Source of the DNA: Acutalibacteraceae bacterium
GTDB lineage: Bacteria; Bacillota; Clostridia; Oscillospirales; Acutalibacteraceae
Assembly (NCBI GenBank): GCA_045603285.1
Contig: JAZULW010000080.1
Span: 1-36,531, forward strand
Length of the DNA stretch: 36,531 nucleotides
Reading direction: 5' to 3'
The notes under the pieces are model-generated. The model saw only the letters and a list, made by a program, of their open reading frames with translations, was not told where the DNA came from and did no database searches. The position numbers were made by a program, and so were the translations under genes. This document shows positions 9,767 through 17,178 of the stretch, in pieces (within the stretch, counting starts at the first letter, position 1; every line of letters begins with the position of its first letter).

Positions 9767-11068
9767 TCACCTCTCTATTAAAGCCGCAAGCAAAGCCGCG
9801 CCATCCACGGGAACGACTTGTACGGACGTATGCAACGTTTGCTCCAATTCTTCGGGGGTAACGTCGTCCAGAAAGCAGTCACCCTCACGGCGCAACATCA
9901 CTTCGGGAATGAGGATACGTTCACATTGTATCCCTTCCATCCGGCGAAGTATGTCGCCTCCCGTCACCAAACCCGCAACCGTAATGGTTTCGCCAAAAAA
10001 ATGGTTATCAATGGCCACTACGCGCACATTCAACTGAGGAAAGCGTTGCTTCGCGTTTTCCACCAATTCCGTCAAAAAGGGAGCGGCCGCCACACCGGTA
10101 ACCAACACCGTTTCCGCCTCGGTTGCCGTTTTGGCATCGCATTGTTCCAGTGCATCGGCAAATTGCGAACGCAACAGTGCAACAAGCCCCACTCCGTTTT
10201 CCAGCTGGGACATTTCTTCATAAAAGCCTTCACTCGGCATCGGGCGTTCGGCTTTTATGTACCATTCGTCAGCGGGAAACACCACCCGATGCCCCGTAGC
10301 AGCCAACATTTGCCGCCCAAACAATTCCACTGCATCGATCACGGCACACGCTTCTTCTTTCGTAAACGGACGAAGCGGTGTAAGACCCTCACGGTACTTG
10401 GTAAGCCCCACGGGAACCACCGCTACGCTCTCCACCATCGGCGCATACACCGCCAGATCGTGCATCGAACGTTCCAATTGAGCCCCGTCGTTGAGACCGG
10501 GACACAACACCAACTGGCAGTTCATACGAATTCCCGCATCGGCAAAACGTTTGATATACGAAAGCGTTTGCCCCGCAAATCGGTTGTTCATCATTTGACA
10601 ACGCAATTCGGGATTGGTGGTGTGCACCGAAATGTTGATGGGGCTGATGTGCATATCCATGATCCGTTGCACTTCGTGTTCGGACAAATTGGTCAGCGTA
10701 ATGTAGTTGCCGAACAAGAAGGACAACCGGCTATCGTCGTCTTTAAAATACAAACTCTCACGCATACCGGGGGGCATTTGATCGATAAAACAAAAGACAC
10801 AGTTGTTGCGGCAAGCGTGTTGCTTGTCCATCAAATACGTATCAAACTCCAAGCCGATATCCGCATATTCGGGTTTGCGTATCGTGACCTTGCGAACGCC
10901 TTTGGGCGTTTCCAATTCAAGCACCAGTTTCGGTTCATTCAAATAAAACCGATAATCAAGCACGTCGGTAACGGCGTGGCCGTTCACCGTAAGCAGACGG
11001 TCGCCACTGTGGATACGTTTTTTGTGTGCAAGGGTTTTCGGCACAACGGATGTTATGGTAACGGCCAA
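9767..11068 (-). CDS. PDZ/DUF512 domain protein (radical-SAM-like, commonly first gene of the der operon in Clostridia)
   Basis: PDZ-like N-terminus (ITSVVPKTLAHKKRIHSGDRLLTVNGH), a CRNNCVFCF cysteine motif and a DUF512-type C-terminus. The track ORF starts at TTG 11110, but that codon lies inside the rpmF terminator hairpin. The in-frame TTG 11068 has AGGAAGGAAGG 8 nt upstream, so I call that the start. Confidence 0.85.
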   Translation of the reverse strand: MAVTITSVVPKTLAHKKRIHSGDRLLTVNGHAVTDVLDYRFYLNEPKLVLELETPKGVRKVTIRKPEYADIGLEFDTYLMDKQHACRNNCVFCFIDQMPPGMRESLYFKDDDSRLSFLFGNYITLTNLSEHEVQRIMDMHISPINISVHTTNPELRCQMMNNRFAGQTLSYIKRFADAGIRMNCQLVLCPGLNDGAQLERSMHDLAVYAPMVESVAVVPVGLTKYREGLTPLRPFTKEEACAVIDAVELFGRQMLAATGHRVVFPADEWYIKAERPMPSEGFYEEMSQLENGVGLVALLRSQFADALEQCDAKTATEAETVLVTGVAAAPFLTELVENAKQRFPQLNVRVVAIDNHFFGETITVAGLVTGGDILRRMEGIQCERILIPEVMLRREGDCFLDDVTPEELEQTLHTSVQVVPVDGAALLAALIER

Positions 11069-11090
11069 GGCAACCGCCTTCCTTCCTAAA

Positions 11091-11128
11091 CATAAAAACA
11101 AAGGGCGCAACCCAACCGGGTCACACCC
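11091..11128 (-). terminator. Intrinsic terminator after rpmF
   Basis: An 11-bp stem GGGUGUGACCC/GGGUUGCGCCC with loop GGUU, followed by UUUGUUUUU. Three of the pairs are G-U wobbles that exist only in the minus-strand RNA, so the hairpin is strand-specific. Confidence 0.6.
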
Positions 11129-11169
11129 TCTATTTTTTCCTCATTTCGGGCATACGACCGGTATCAGGA

Positions 11170-11352
11170 TCACTCGGCGACCTTGACGATCTGTCTGCCA
11201 TTGTAATAGCCGCAACTTCCGCACAAACGGTGAGGGCGTTTGTATTCGCCGCATTGCGGGCATTTTACCAGCTCAGGAGCCGTCGTTTTCCACAGGTTGT
11301 TACGACGTTTGTCGCGACGCGCCTTGGATACTTTTCTCTTCGGTACCGCCAT
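11170..11352 (-). CDS. rpmF: 50S ribosomal protein L32
   Basis: [17 protein letters not shown]... with zinc-ribbon [18 protein letters not shown]. The start is the second ATG (11352), preceded by AAGGAGG. Confidence 0.95.
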   Translation of the reverse strand: MAVPKRKVSKARRDKRRNNLWKTTAPELVKCPQCGEYKRPHRLCGSCGYYNGRQIVKVAE

Positions 11353-11383
11353 TGTCAGCACCTCCTTAACATGATCATGAAAT

Positions 11384-11878
11384 TTATTCTAACAATTGTT
11401 TTAGGACCGCCAACCGCGGGTCTGTCGTTTCCTGACGGCAATCGCACAGGCCTTGGTTGAGATCTTTGCCGCATTGCGGACAAAGACCGCGGCAATCCTC
11501 TCTACAGAGGATCTTTGACGGTTGATCAAGCAACAAATCTTCTTCCACCAATTCGTCAAGCGGAAGCTGATAGTTTTCGATCAACACGAAACTGTCATTG
11601 TCCTCGTGATTGAGGGAAACTACAAGAATATGCTCCATATGCATGGCCCGTTCTTGGTGAGCCTCACCCGTGCAACGGTCACACGTACCGTCGTAACAGT
11701 AGCGGACATCGGCACGCAAGGTAACCACACCGGCAGACTGTTCCACACAGCCGACCACCGAAATCGGTGTCTTGAAAGGCTTTTCGCCGTTCCATTCCAC
11801 CTCGGAAAAATCAAGCGTTGCCGCGATTGGCAGACGTTCTTTTTCTCCCATAAACAAGGATTGCAATTGAAGAAGCAT
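11384..11878 (-). CDS. yceD: YceD/DUF177 family protein (large-subunit rRNA accumulation protein)
   Basis: 164 aa with the C-terminal Cys-rich motif [23 protein letters not shown]. It shows the canonical pairing immediately upstream of rpmF. Confidence 0.85.
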   Translation of the reverse strand: MLLQLQSLFMGEKERLPIAATLDFSEVEWNGEKPFKTPISVVGCVEQSAGVVTLRADVRYCYDGTCDRCTGEAHQERAMHMEHILVVSLNHEDNDSFVLIENYQLPLDELVEEDLLLDQPSKILCREDCRGLCPQCGKDLNQGLCDCRQETTDPRLAVLKQLLE

Positions 11879-11903
11879 ACTTCACCTCAATAGTCACCAC
11901 AGT

Positions 11904-11932
11904 ATTATAGCGGTAACACTGCGGTTTGTCAA
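11904..11932 (-). promoter_or_regulatory. Consensus sigma-A promoter of yceD-rpmF (TTGACA-17-TATAAT)
   Basis: On the minus strand, -35 TTGACA is at 11932-11927, the spacer is 17 nt and -10 TATAAT is at 11909-11904. Confidence 0.65.
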
Positions 11933-11954
11933 TATTTTTTTCGAAAAATATGCG

Positions 11955-11985
11955 ACAAAAAGCGGAAACGGATGTCCGTTTCCGC
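11955..11985 (-). terminator. Intrinsic terminator after the small P-loop gene
   Basis: A 10-bp stem GCGGAAACGG/CCGUUUCCGC with a 4-nt loop, followed by UUUUUG on the minus strand. Confidence 0.75.
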
Positions 11986-12000
11986 CTCTCGCAATCATCA

Positions 12001-12414
12001 TTAGATTTCGGTTGCCAAATCTGCAATGTGAGCGTCGATCTCACTGCGGTCGGCCGATACGGACATCACAATATTGGTGTTGGCCATTTCGCTGAGCTTT
12101 TTCAATTTTTCAACAAAGCCAAGCAGATTGGCAACATCGCCACCGATCTTCAGCGTGGAATCCACAAAAATATCGGTGATGTCGTAGTTGCCGGCGCACA
12201 TTCCGGCAATAAACCCGTACAAACTGTCAAAACCTTTAACGGCATATTCGTCCGCGGCAGCCAGTCGCACTTTATGGCTGATGTTATAAGTAAGAGTGTT
12301 GTCTTTTTCAATGAAAAGCACGTTGCCTTTGGATTGCGCAACCGCTTCGTTGCACATATCCATCAAACGCTTGGTCTTACCGGAACCTTTTTTGCCGTGA
12401 ATCAATGTGATCAT
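12001..12414 (-). CDS. Small stand-alone P-loop NTPase, function unknown
   Basis: 137 aa with an N-terminal Walker A (ITLIHGKKGSGKTKRL) and candidate Walker B-like strands (VLFIEKD, ITDIFVDS). AGGAGG lies 8 nt upstream. No terminator separates it from pgi 69 nt upstream. Confidence 0.7.
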   Translation of the reverse strand: MITLIHGKKGSGKTKRLMDMCNEAVAQSKGNVLFIEKDNTLTYNISHKVRLAAADEYAVKGFDSLYGFIAGMCAGNYDITDIFVDSTLKIGGDVANLLGFVEKLKKLSEMANTNIVMSVSADRSEIDAHIADLATEI

Positions 12415-12483
12415 TTGGAATTCCTCCTAATATATATTAACCGCTTCGCGGTCACTGCCGTGTTATAACGTTTCCCTTTCCTG

Positions 12484-13824
12484 TTAGCGGCCCAACCGTT
12501 GTTCCAGAAGGGCTTTTTCCGCCTCATACCCCGGTTTGCCGAGCAAGGCGAACATATTCTTTTTGTACGCTTCCACACCGGGTTGATCGAACGGGTTAAC
12601 GCCGAGCAAATAACCCGAAACGGCGCAGGCCTTTTCAAAGAAATAAATCAAATACCCCAGTTCATGCTCACAAGCCGACGGAACGTGTAACACCAGGTTC
12701 GGCGTACCGCCGTCCGTATGCGCCAGCACGGTACCTTCAAAAGCACTGTTGTTGATCTCCGCCATCGTTTTTCCCGCAAGGAAATTCAGGCCGTCCACAT
12801 TCGCAGGGTCATGCCCGATCACCATCTCGCGTTGTGCCTGATCGATCATCACAACCGTTTCAAACAAAATGTTGGAACCGTCTTGTACGAATTGGCCAAG
12901 AGAGTGCAAATCGGTAGAGAAGATGACCGATGCAGGGAACAACCCTTTGCCGTCCTTGCCCTCGCTTTCTCCGTACAACTGTTTCCACCATTCGGCCATC
13001 ATGGCGTAGCAAGGTTCATAACTCACCATTAACTCCACCGCACGGCCTTTGCGCAGCAAAATGTTGCGCAAAGCGGCATAACGGTAGCAGGGGTTATTCT
13101 CCAGATTGGTATCGCACAACTCCTGTTGCGCAGCGGCGGCGCCTGCCATCAAAGCATCAATGTTGCAGCCGGCAACCGCAATAGGCAAAAGCCCCACCGC
13201 CGTAAGCACCGAGAAACGGCCGCCCACATCATCGGGCACCACAAAGGTTTCGTAGCCTTTCTCGTCAGCCAACCCTTTGAGCGCACCTTTCGCCTTATCG
13301 GTCGTCACATAGATGCGGCGTTTGGCTTCTTCCTCGCCCACGGTTTTTTCAAGATAATCGCGGAACACGCGAAACGCGATAGCGGGTTCGGTGGTGGTGC
13401 CGGATTTCGAGATAACGTTGACCGAAACGCGGCGGCCTTCACACAGTTCCAAAAGCTCCGAAAGGGCGGTAGAACTGATGCTGTTGCCGGCAAAATAAAC
13501 GTCGGGAGTGTCCTTTTTCTTGTTGTTGTAAAGCGGAGATTTCAAAAACTCGATCGCCGCACGGGCGCCGAGATAAGAACCACCGATCCCGATAACAATG
13601 AACACGTCCGTATCTTCTTTGATACGAGCAGCGGCTGCTTTGATGCGGGCAAACTCTTCTTTATCATACTTGGTGGGCAAAGTGACCCAACCAAGGAAAT
13701 CGTTCCCGAGACCGGTGCCTTGATGCAGCATCTCATGCGCGGCGGTGATTTGCGGTTGCAAGGCTGCCACTTCGTGCTCACGGACAAAGCCGTTTGCATA
13801 GTGGGAATCAAGCATAATGGCCAT
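12484..13824 (-). CDS. pgi: Glucose-6-phosphate isomerase
   Basis: 446-aa Firmicute-type PGI ([35 protein letters not shown]). Confidence 0.95.
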   Translation of the reverse strand: MAIMLDSHYANGFVREHEVAALQPQITAAHEMLHQGTGLGNDFLGWVTLPTKYDKEEFARIKAAAARIKEDTDVFIVIGIGGSYLGARAAIEFLKSPLYNNKKKDTPDVYFAGNSISSTALSELLELCEGRRVSVNVISKSGTTTEPAIAFRVFRDYLEKTVGEEEAKRRIYVTTDKAKGALKGLADEKGYETFVVPDDVGGRFSVLTAVGLLPIAVAGCNIDALMAGAAAAQQELCDTNLENNPCYRYAALRNILLRKGRAVELMVSYEPCYAMMAEWWKQLYGESEGKDGKGLFPASVIFSTDLHSLGQFVQDGSNILFETVVMIDQAQREMVIGHDPANVDGLNFLAGKTMAEINNSAFEGTVLAHTDGGTPNLVLHVPSACEHELGYLIYFFEKACAVSGYLLGVNPFDQPGVEAYKKNMFALLGKPGYEAEKALLEQRLGR

Positions 13825-13865
13825 AAAACGTGTACCCCTCCGTTATCTTGGAATTTGTTGTTAAT

Positions 13866-13894
13866 ATTTTACTATATCTTGCGGTTAATTGCAA
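13866..13894 (-). promoter_or_regulatory. Putative pgi promoter (TTGCAA-17-TAAAAT)
   Basis: On the minus strand, -35 is at 13894-13889 and -10 is at 13871-13866. The alternative hexamers TTGTTA/TATAGT are nearby, so the exact boxes are uncertain. Confidence 0.4.
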
Positions 13895-13909
13895 CCGTAA
13901 CAAGCCAAT

Positions 13910-14305
13910 TTATTTTGATTTTTTATCACTTTTTTTCGAATTTTTCGTCGTTTTTTCTTTAAAAAAGACTTCACGCACGCCGATATACAAAAGCAACCCT
14001 CCAAACAAGCGACGAAGCATCTCTCCGTTTATATGCGAGGCGACAAACGCCGCCGCTATCGAGGTGAACAAACCGGCAAAAACACACCAAATAACGGCTT
14101 GCCATTCCACGCGTTTATTTCGAATATGAGAAATAAGCGCTGCCGGCGCACAAAACAAGAAGTACAGCAAGTTGATTCCGGAAGCGGCATACTGCTCCAC
14201 CCCCATCACGGCGGTGAGATACAACACGAGCAACGAACCGCCGCCCACGCCGAACCCGCTGACAATACCGGTGGCAATCCCCACCACAATGGCAAGCAAT
14301 GTCAT
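13910..14305 (-). CDS. TSUP (TauE/SafE) family membrane protein, C-terminal-half equivalent (4 TM)
   Basis: I place the start at ATG 14305 (MTLLAIVVGIATGIVSGFGVGGGSLLVLYL...). This gives 131 aa with about 4 TM helices, the GxGGG motif typical of each TSUP repeat and a Lys-rich tail. The ATG overlaps the upstream stop as ATGA. Confidence 0.8.
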   Translation of the reverse strand: MTLLAIVVGIATGIVSGFGVGGGSLLVLYLTAVMGVEQYAASGINLLYFLFCAPAALISHIRNKRVEWQAVIWCVFAGLFTSIAAAFVASHINGEMLRRLFGGLLLYIGVREVFFKEKTTKNSKKSDKKSK

Positions 14306-14670
14306 AACAGCAACACCGCCTTTATGCCACCATACAACAACAGCGCACCGAACAGGCGATGCAACCACACGGCAGAGACGCGTTTAAACAGCGTTCCCGA
14401 AAGCAAACCGCCCACGGAACCGCCGATCAAATATGGCCACGCGAGCGCCATATCCACCCCACCGCGCAAAGCAAAGACGACAAACGTGACGATGGAAAGC
14501 GGGAAAATAACCGCCACCGATGTGGCAAACGCTTTCTTTTCTTCCAATTTTATCCACGATATGAATAGGGGAACCAAAAACAAGCCGCCGCCGGAACCAA
14601 ACAAGCCGTTGGCCACGCCCGCCAAAGCGCCGATGACAGCATAGCGCCCACGGTTTTGCTTCTCGCTCAT
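14302..14670 (-). CDS. TSUP (TauE/SafE) family membrane protein, N-terminal-half equivalent (4 TM)
   Basis: I place the start at ATG 14670 (MSEKQNRGRYAVIGALAGVANGLFGSGGGLFLVPL...), preceded by AAAGGAG. This gives 122 aa with about 4 TM helices and a GxGGG motif. The 17-codon extension in the ORF track lacks an SD and overlaps the leader hairpin. Confidence 0.8.
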   Translation of the reverse strand: MSEKQNRGRYAVIGALAGVANGLFGSGGGLFLVPLFISWIKLEEKKAFATSVAVIFPLSIVTFVVFALRGGVDMALAWPYLIGGSVGGLLSGTLFKRVSAVWLHRLFGALLLYGGIKAVLLL

Positions 14671-14672
14671 AC

Positions 14673-14700
14673 GAACACACTCCTTTATCCTAGTGTGTTC
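14673..14700 (-). promoter_or_regulatory. SD-sequestering hairpin directly in front of the first TSUP gene
   Basis: A perfect 9-bp stem GAACACACU/AGUGUGUUC with the 10-nt loop AGGAUAAAGG. The SD AAAGGAG spans the loop and the 3' arm, and the stem ends 2 nt before the AUG (14670). Confidence 0.5.
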
Positions 14701-14721
14701 CGAGCCAAACGGTTTAACCAC

Positions 14722-14766
14722 TTGGAAAACAAAAGAGGAGACATTTTCTGTTAAAATGTCTCCTCT
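14722..14766 (-). terminator. Intrinsic terminator (attenuator) inside the TSUP leader
   Basis: A 14-bp perfect stem AGAGGAGACAUUUU/AAAAUGUCUCCUCU with loop AACAG, followed by UUUUGUUUU. It lies 50 nt upstream of the TSUP start codon and downstream of a promoter, which is riboswitch/attenuator architecture. Confidence 0.8.
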
Positions 14767-15089
14767 CCGATACTTTTATGAGATTATTGACTCGTCCGCG
14801 ACCACGCGGAACCCAAACTTCCTTTCAAACTTTCTGATTTGCCTTATTAAAAGGGCAACTTAGTGCATGGGTTTCAACCCTTTACATTGATTTTCTATTA
14901 ACTTTTATCTATCGTTTCCTCGGGTCAATTTAACGGCCCATTGGATTCACCTTTTTCTTTTAGATTTTTAAGGAAGAGATTTTGAGTTGTATCCTCCTGC
15001 AAGTCATGGGTCATACCTCTCTTTCGTTCAGGTTGACTCTGCTTAGTACACCGGATTCACACCCTTTCTTGTTTTTCTCTCCTTTTGTC
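14767..15089 (-). promoter_or_regulatory. Untranslated leader RNA of about 320 nt with two homologous internal units (unclassified cis-regulatory RNA candidate)
   Basis: It lies between the promoter at 15096-15124 and the attenuator terminator and has no credible ORF. It contains the repeated motifs AAGAAAGGGUGUGAAUCC / AAGAAAAAGGUGAAUCC and ACCCAUG, plus several local hairpins (GGGU-UGAA-ACCC, CCGCG-UGGU-CGCGG, UUGCC..GGCAA). Confidence 0.5.
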
Positions 15090-15095
15090 ATCTAC

Positions 15096-15124
15096 AATAT
15101 AGCACGGTTTTTATGAAAAGTCAA
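15096..15124 (-). promoter_or_regulatory. Sigma-A-type promoter of the TSUP leader (TTGACT-17-TATATT)
   Basis: On the minus strand, -35 TTGACT is at 15124-15119, the spacer is 17 nt and -10 TATATT is at 15101-15096. An AT-rich UP-like tract lies upstream. Confidence 0.65.
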
Positions 15125-15182
15125 TAGTTTTTTTGAAAAAAGTTTAAAGTTTTTATTTATTTTGTTGAGCAAAACTTTCCAC

Positions 15183-15211
15183 TTGACGGCAATGCAAAAA
15201 ATGAGTATCAT
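15183..15211 (+). promoter_or_regulatory. Putative promoter of the DUF1292 gene (TTGACG-17-TATCAT)
   Basis: -35 is at 15183-15188 and -10 is at 15206-15211. It diverges from the TSUP-leader promoter. Confidence 0.55.
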
Positions 15212-15246
15212 AATAGTACAGTTATATAACAGAACGGAGAATTACT

Positions 15247-15558
15247 ATGTCTGAAGAATTCGGAAACGATATCGTCACCGTAGTGGATGACGAAGGAACG
15301 CAACATCAATTTGAGATCGTGGATGCCATCGAAACGGATGACGGCCGTTACGTGGCCCTTCTTCCCGTTTATGAAAACCCCGCCGATATGGTAGACGGAG
15401 ACGGAGAGTTGGTCATTCTTGCCGTGAAAGAAGAAGATGGCGAAGACGTTATGGTGACCATCGACGACGATGACGAATTTGATGAGATTGCCGAGATCTT
15501 TGAAGAACGGTTGGCCGATCTGTACGAGATCGAAGAATTGGAGCAACCGGCAGAGTGA
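15247..15558 (+). CDS. DUF1292 family protein (YrzB-like small acidic protein)
   Basis: 103 aa and highly acidic, with the characteristic pattern ITVVDDEGTQHQFEIVDAIETDDGRYVALLP...LVILAVKEEDGED. A GGAGA SD is present. Confidence 0.88.
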   Translation: MSEEFGNDIVTVVDDEGTQHQFEIVDAIETDDGRYVALLPVYENPADMVDGDGELVILAVKEEDGEDVMVTIDDDDEFDEIAEIFEERLADLYEIEELEQPAE

Positions 15559-15761
15559 TCTTTCTCCTGCCCTGTGCGCGGACCGTCCTTTTTTAACCCT
15601 ACTACATTGTGATAACGGGAACTCGACTCCGTCAGCGAATTGCAGACCTCCCCATCTTGATGGGACGAAGGGAGCGTGAACCTGACGGGCGGATACCCAC
15701 CTGCTGAATTTAGTAGCAGGTTACACAAAGGGCATTACGGCAGTGCGGGACTATGTTATAT

Positions 15762-15798
15762 AAAAACGCGTGAGTGTATACACACTCACGCGTTTTTT
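15762..15798. terminator. Strong bidirectional intrinsic terminator
   Basis: An 11-bp GC-rich stem CGCGTGAGTGT/ACACTCACGCG with loop ATAC, extended by A5/T6 runs. It ends the plus-strand transcript from DUF1292 and the minus-strand histidine-phosphatase gene, whose stop lies in the T/A run. Confidence 0.85.
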
Positions 15799-16420
15799 AG
15801 TTTTGTTCGGGAATAAGAGGAACGTAGTCAATGGCTTCTACCACCGGCTCGCGCATCCAAAGCGCCGGTGTCACACGAACGGTGAAGCCACAGCCACTTT
15901 CGCTCCCCCACGCCGAAATATCCGCACGGGGTAAAGCATACAACGCCATAATGAGCATCATAACACCGCCGTGCGTACAGATAACCGTATCACTATCACC
16001 CGAACGCATAATCTCTTCTACCAAGCGCTCAAAGGTTTCACTCACACGTTTGCGAAATTGTTCGGCATCTTCTCCATCGGGAATTTTGGTTTGTTCCCCC
16101 GCAATCCAGCGGCAAAAACCTTCGTCGTGTTGCAATTCCTCTACGCCGCGGCCGTCCCACTCGCCAAAATCACATTCGGCAAGTCCGTCGATAACGGTGG
16201 CGTTGTTTTGGGGATACAACACTTCCAACGTTTGACGGCAACGAGCAAGCGGGCTCACATAAAAACGTGTTGCGTGCGGATAGACCGCCTTTTCTTTTTT
16301 GTCCAACAAGTCGCGCAAGCCAAGCGGAGAAAGCGGCAAATCGGTAAGTCCGATATACAGTCCCTTTTCGTTGGCTTCGGTCAAACCGTGGCGAATCAGA
16401 TGAATACGATAACTTTTCAT
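15797..16420 (-). CDS. Histidine phosphatase family protein (phosphoglycerate-mutase-like)
   Basis: I place the start at ATG 16420 (MKSYRIHLIRHGLTEANEKGLYIG...), with the RHG catalytic motif and a later H in CTHGGVM. A GAGG SD is present. The 16-codon upstream extension lacks an SD. Confidence 0.85.
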   Translation of the reverse strand: MKSYRIHLIRHGLTEANEKGLYIGLTDLPLSPLGLRDLLDKKEKAVYPHATRFYVSPLARCRQTLEVLYPQNNATVIDGLAECDFGEWDGRGVEELQHDEGFCRWIAGEQTKIPDGEDAEQFRKRVSETFERLVEEIMRSGDSDTVICTHGGVMMLIMALYALPRADISAWGSESGCGFTVRVTPALWMREPVVEAIDYVPLIPEQN

Positions 16421-16453
16421 ACAGTACCTCAAAAAAAGTGAAAATTTAGACTT

Positions 16454-16481
16454 TACAAATTGTATCATCGGTGTTACAATT
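16454..16481. promoter_or_regulatory. Palindrome TACAA-A-TTGTA plus a TTACAATT half-site in the divergent XRE/phosphatase promoter region (candidate operator)
   Basis: An 11-nt palindrome at 16454-16464 and a related TTACAATT at 16474-16481, just upstream of a TATAAT box (16494-16499) for the XRE gene. Confidence 0.35.
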
Positions 16482-16521
16482 AAAAACCCACCGTATAATT
16501 TTATGAACAGGAGAACTTCTC

Positions 16522-17178
16522 ATGAACGCCACCTTCCCCCGCTTGTTGACCTTATTGCGCAAGGAGCGCGGCATCAGCCAAAAAGAAGCGGCCATCTCGC
16601 TGAAAGTGTCGCAAGCGTTGCTTTCGCACTACGAAAAAGGCATTCGCGAATGCGGCCTTGAATTTGTGGTTCGGGCAGCCGATTTTTACGATGTATCGTG
16701 CGACTATCTGCTGGGGCGCACCGCTGATAAGTCAGGCGCCATGATCGCTGTGGATGATATTCCCGATTCGGAAAGCGCCGAAAACGGGAAAGGCAGTGTG
16801 TTGCCCGTTCTAAACAAAAAACTGATTTTGAATTCGGTAACCATTTTGTTTGACGTGTTGCAACGGGTGGACAATAAAGATTTGACAACGGAGATCTCCG
16901 CCTACCTGGACATTGCGGTGTACACCGCGTTCCGCCAACTGTATTTTGCCGACAGCAAGAACCCGCCCACCCTTTTCGGCGTGCCGAAGCATTTGTTCGC
17001 CGCAACCGCCAACGGTTCTATGGGACTGGCAGCGGCACGTATGGCACAACTCACCAAAGGAGTGGGTGGAAAACTGCCGCCCTTGGCACCCGATGCACTT
17101 TCCAAAACCTACCCGTTGTTTGCATCATCGCTTTTCAATTTAATCAAAAACGCCGAAACGCGGTTGGCCAAAAGCTGA
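16522..17178 (+). CDS. XRE-family helix-turn-helix transcriptional regulator with an unassigned C-terminal domain of about 150 aa
   Basis: The N-terminus LLTLLRKERGISQKEAAISLKVSQALLSHYEKGIRECGLEFVVRAADFYDVSCDYLLGR is a typical HTH_XRE (Cro/C1) domain. An AGGAGA SD is present. The rest of the protein is unrecognised. Confidence 0.85.
   Translation: MNATFPRLLTLLRKERGISQKEAAISLKVSQALLSHYEKGIRECGLEFVVRAADFYDVSCDYLLGRTADKSGAMIAVDDIPDSESAENGKGSVLPVLNKKLILNSVTILFDVLQRVDNKDLTTEISAYLDIAVYTAFRQLYFADSKNPPTLFGVPKHLFAATANGSMGLAAARMAQLTKGVGGKLPPLAPDALSKTYPLFASSLFNLIKNAETRLAKS

Noticed and set aside
8507-11089. Very long plus-strand ORFs (8507-9679, 390 aa; 9818-11089, 423 aa). Similar ones lie at 3257-4159, 13126-13962, 17613-18287, 28745-29452 (-) and 34999-35790 (-).
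   Set aside because: Each lies exactly antisense to a confidently identified conserved gene (der, DUF512, potA, pgi, GT2, metG, phosphoglucomutase). Their products are low-complexity and rich in Arg, His and Gly, with no SD. These are shadow ORFs typical of mid/high-GC coding DNA.
14925-15014. A 29-codon ORF (MTHDLQEDTTQNLFLKNLKEKGESNGPLN) on the minus strand inside the TSUP leader, as a possible leader peptide.
   Set aside because: The only purine-rich stretch (AGAGAGG) ends 1 nt before the ATG, which is too close for an SD. There is no run of regulatory codons and no obvious coupling to the terminator. It overlaps both repeat units, which argues that the conserved entity is RNA rather than peptide.
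14943-15070. Possible c-di-AMP (ydaO-yuaA) or cobalamin riboswitch, because of the two GGUGAAUCC-like motifs in the TSUP leader.
   Set aside because: GGGGUGAAUCC occurs in the ydaO consensus and GGUGAAAAUCC in B12 elements. However, the other invariant blocks I remember are absent: ACGGGG and the CAGCUAACCUCGUAAGC tail for ydaO, and AGGGAA, CCCGCCACUG and the B12 box for cobalamin. The spacing is also about twice the canonical size. I keep this only as something a cmsearch should test explicitly.
15581-15595. The T-run right after the DUF1292 stop, as its terminator.
   Set aside because: The preceding sequence (GCGCGGACCGTCC) can form only a 3-bp stem with a 3-nt loop. That is not a credible intrinsic terminator, so I treat the region to 15798 as a 3' UTR or sRNA candidate instead.
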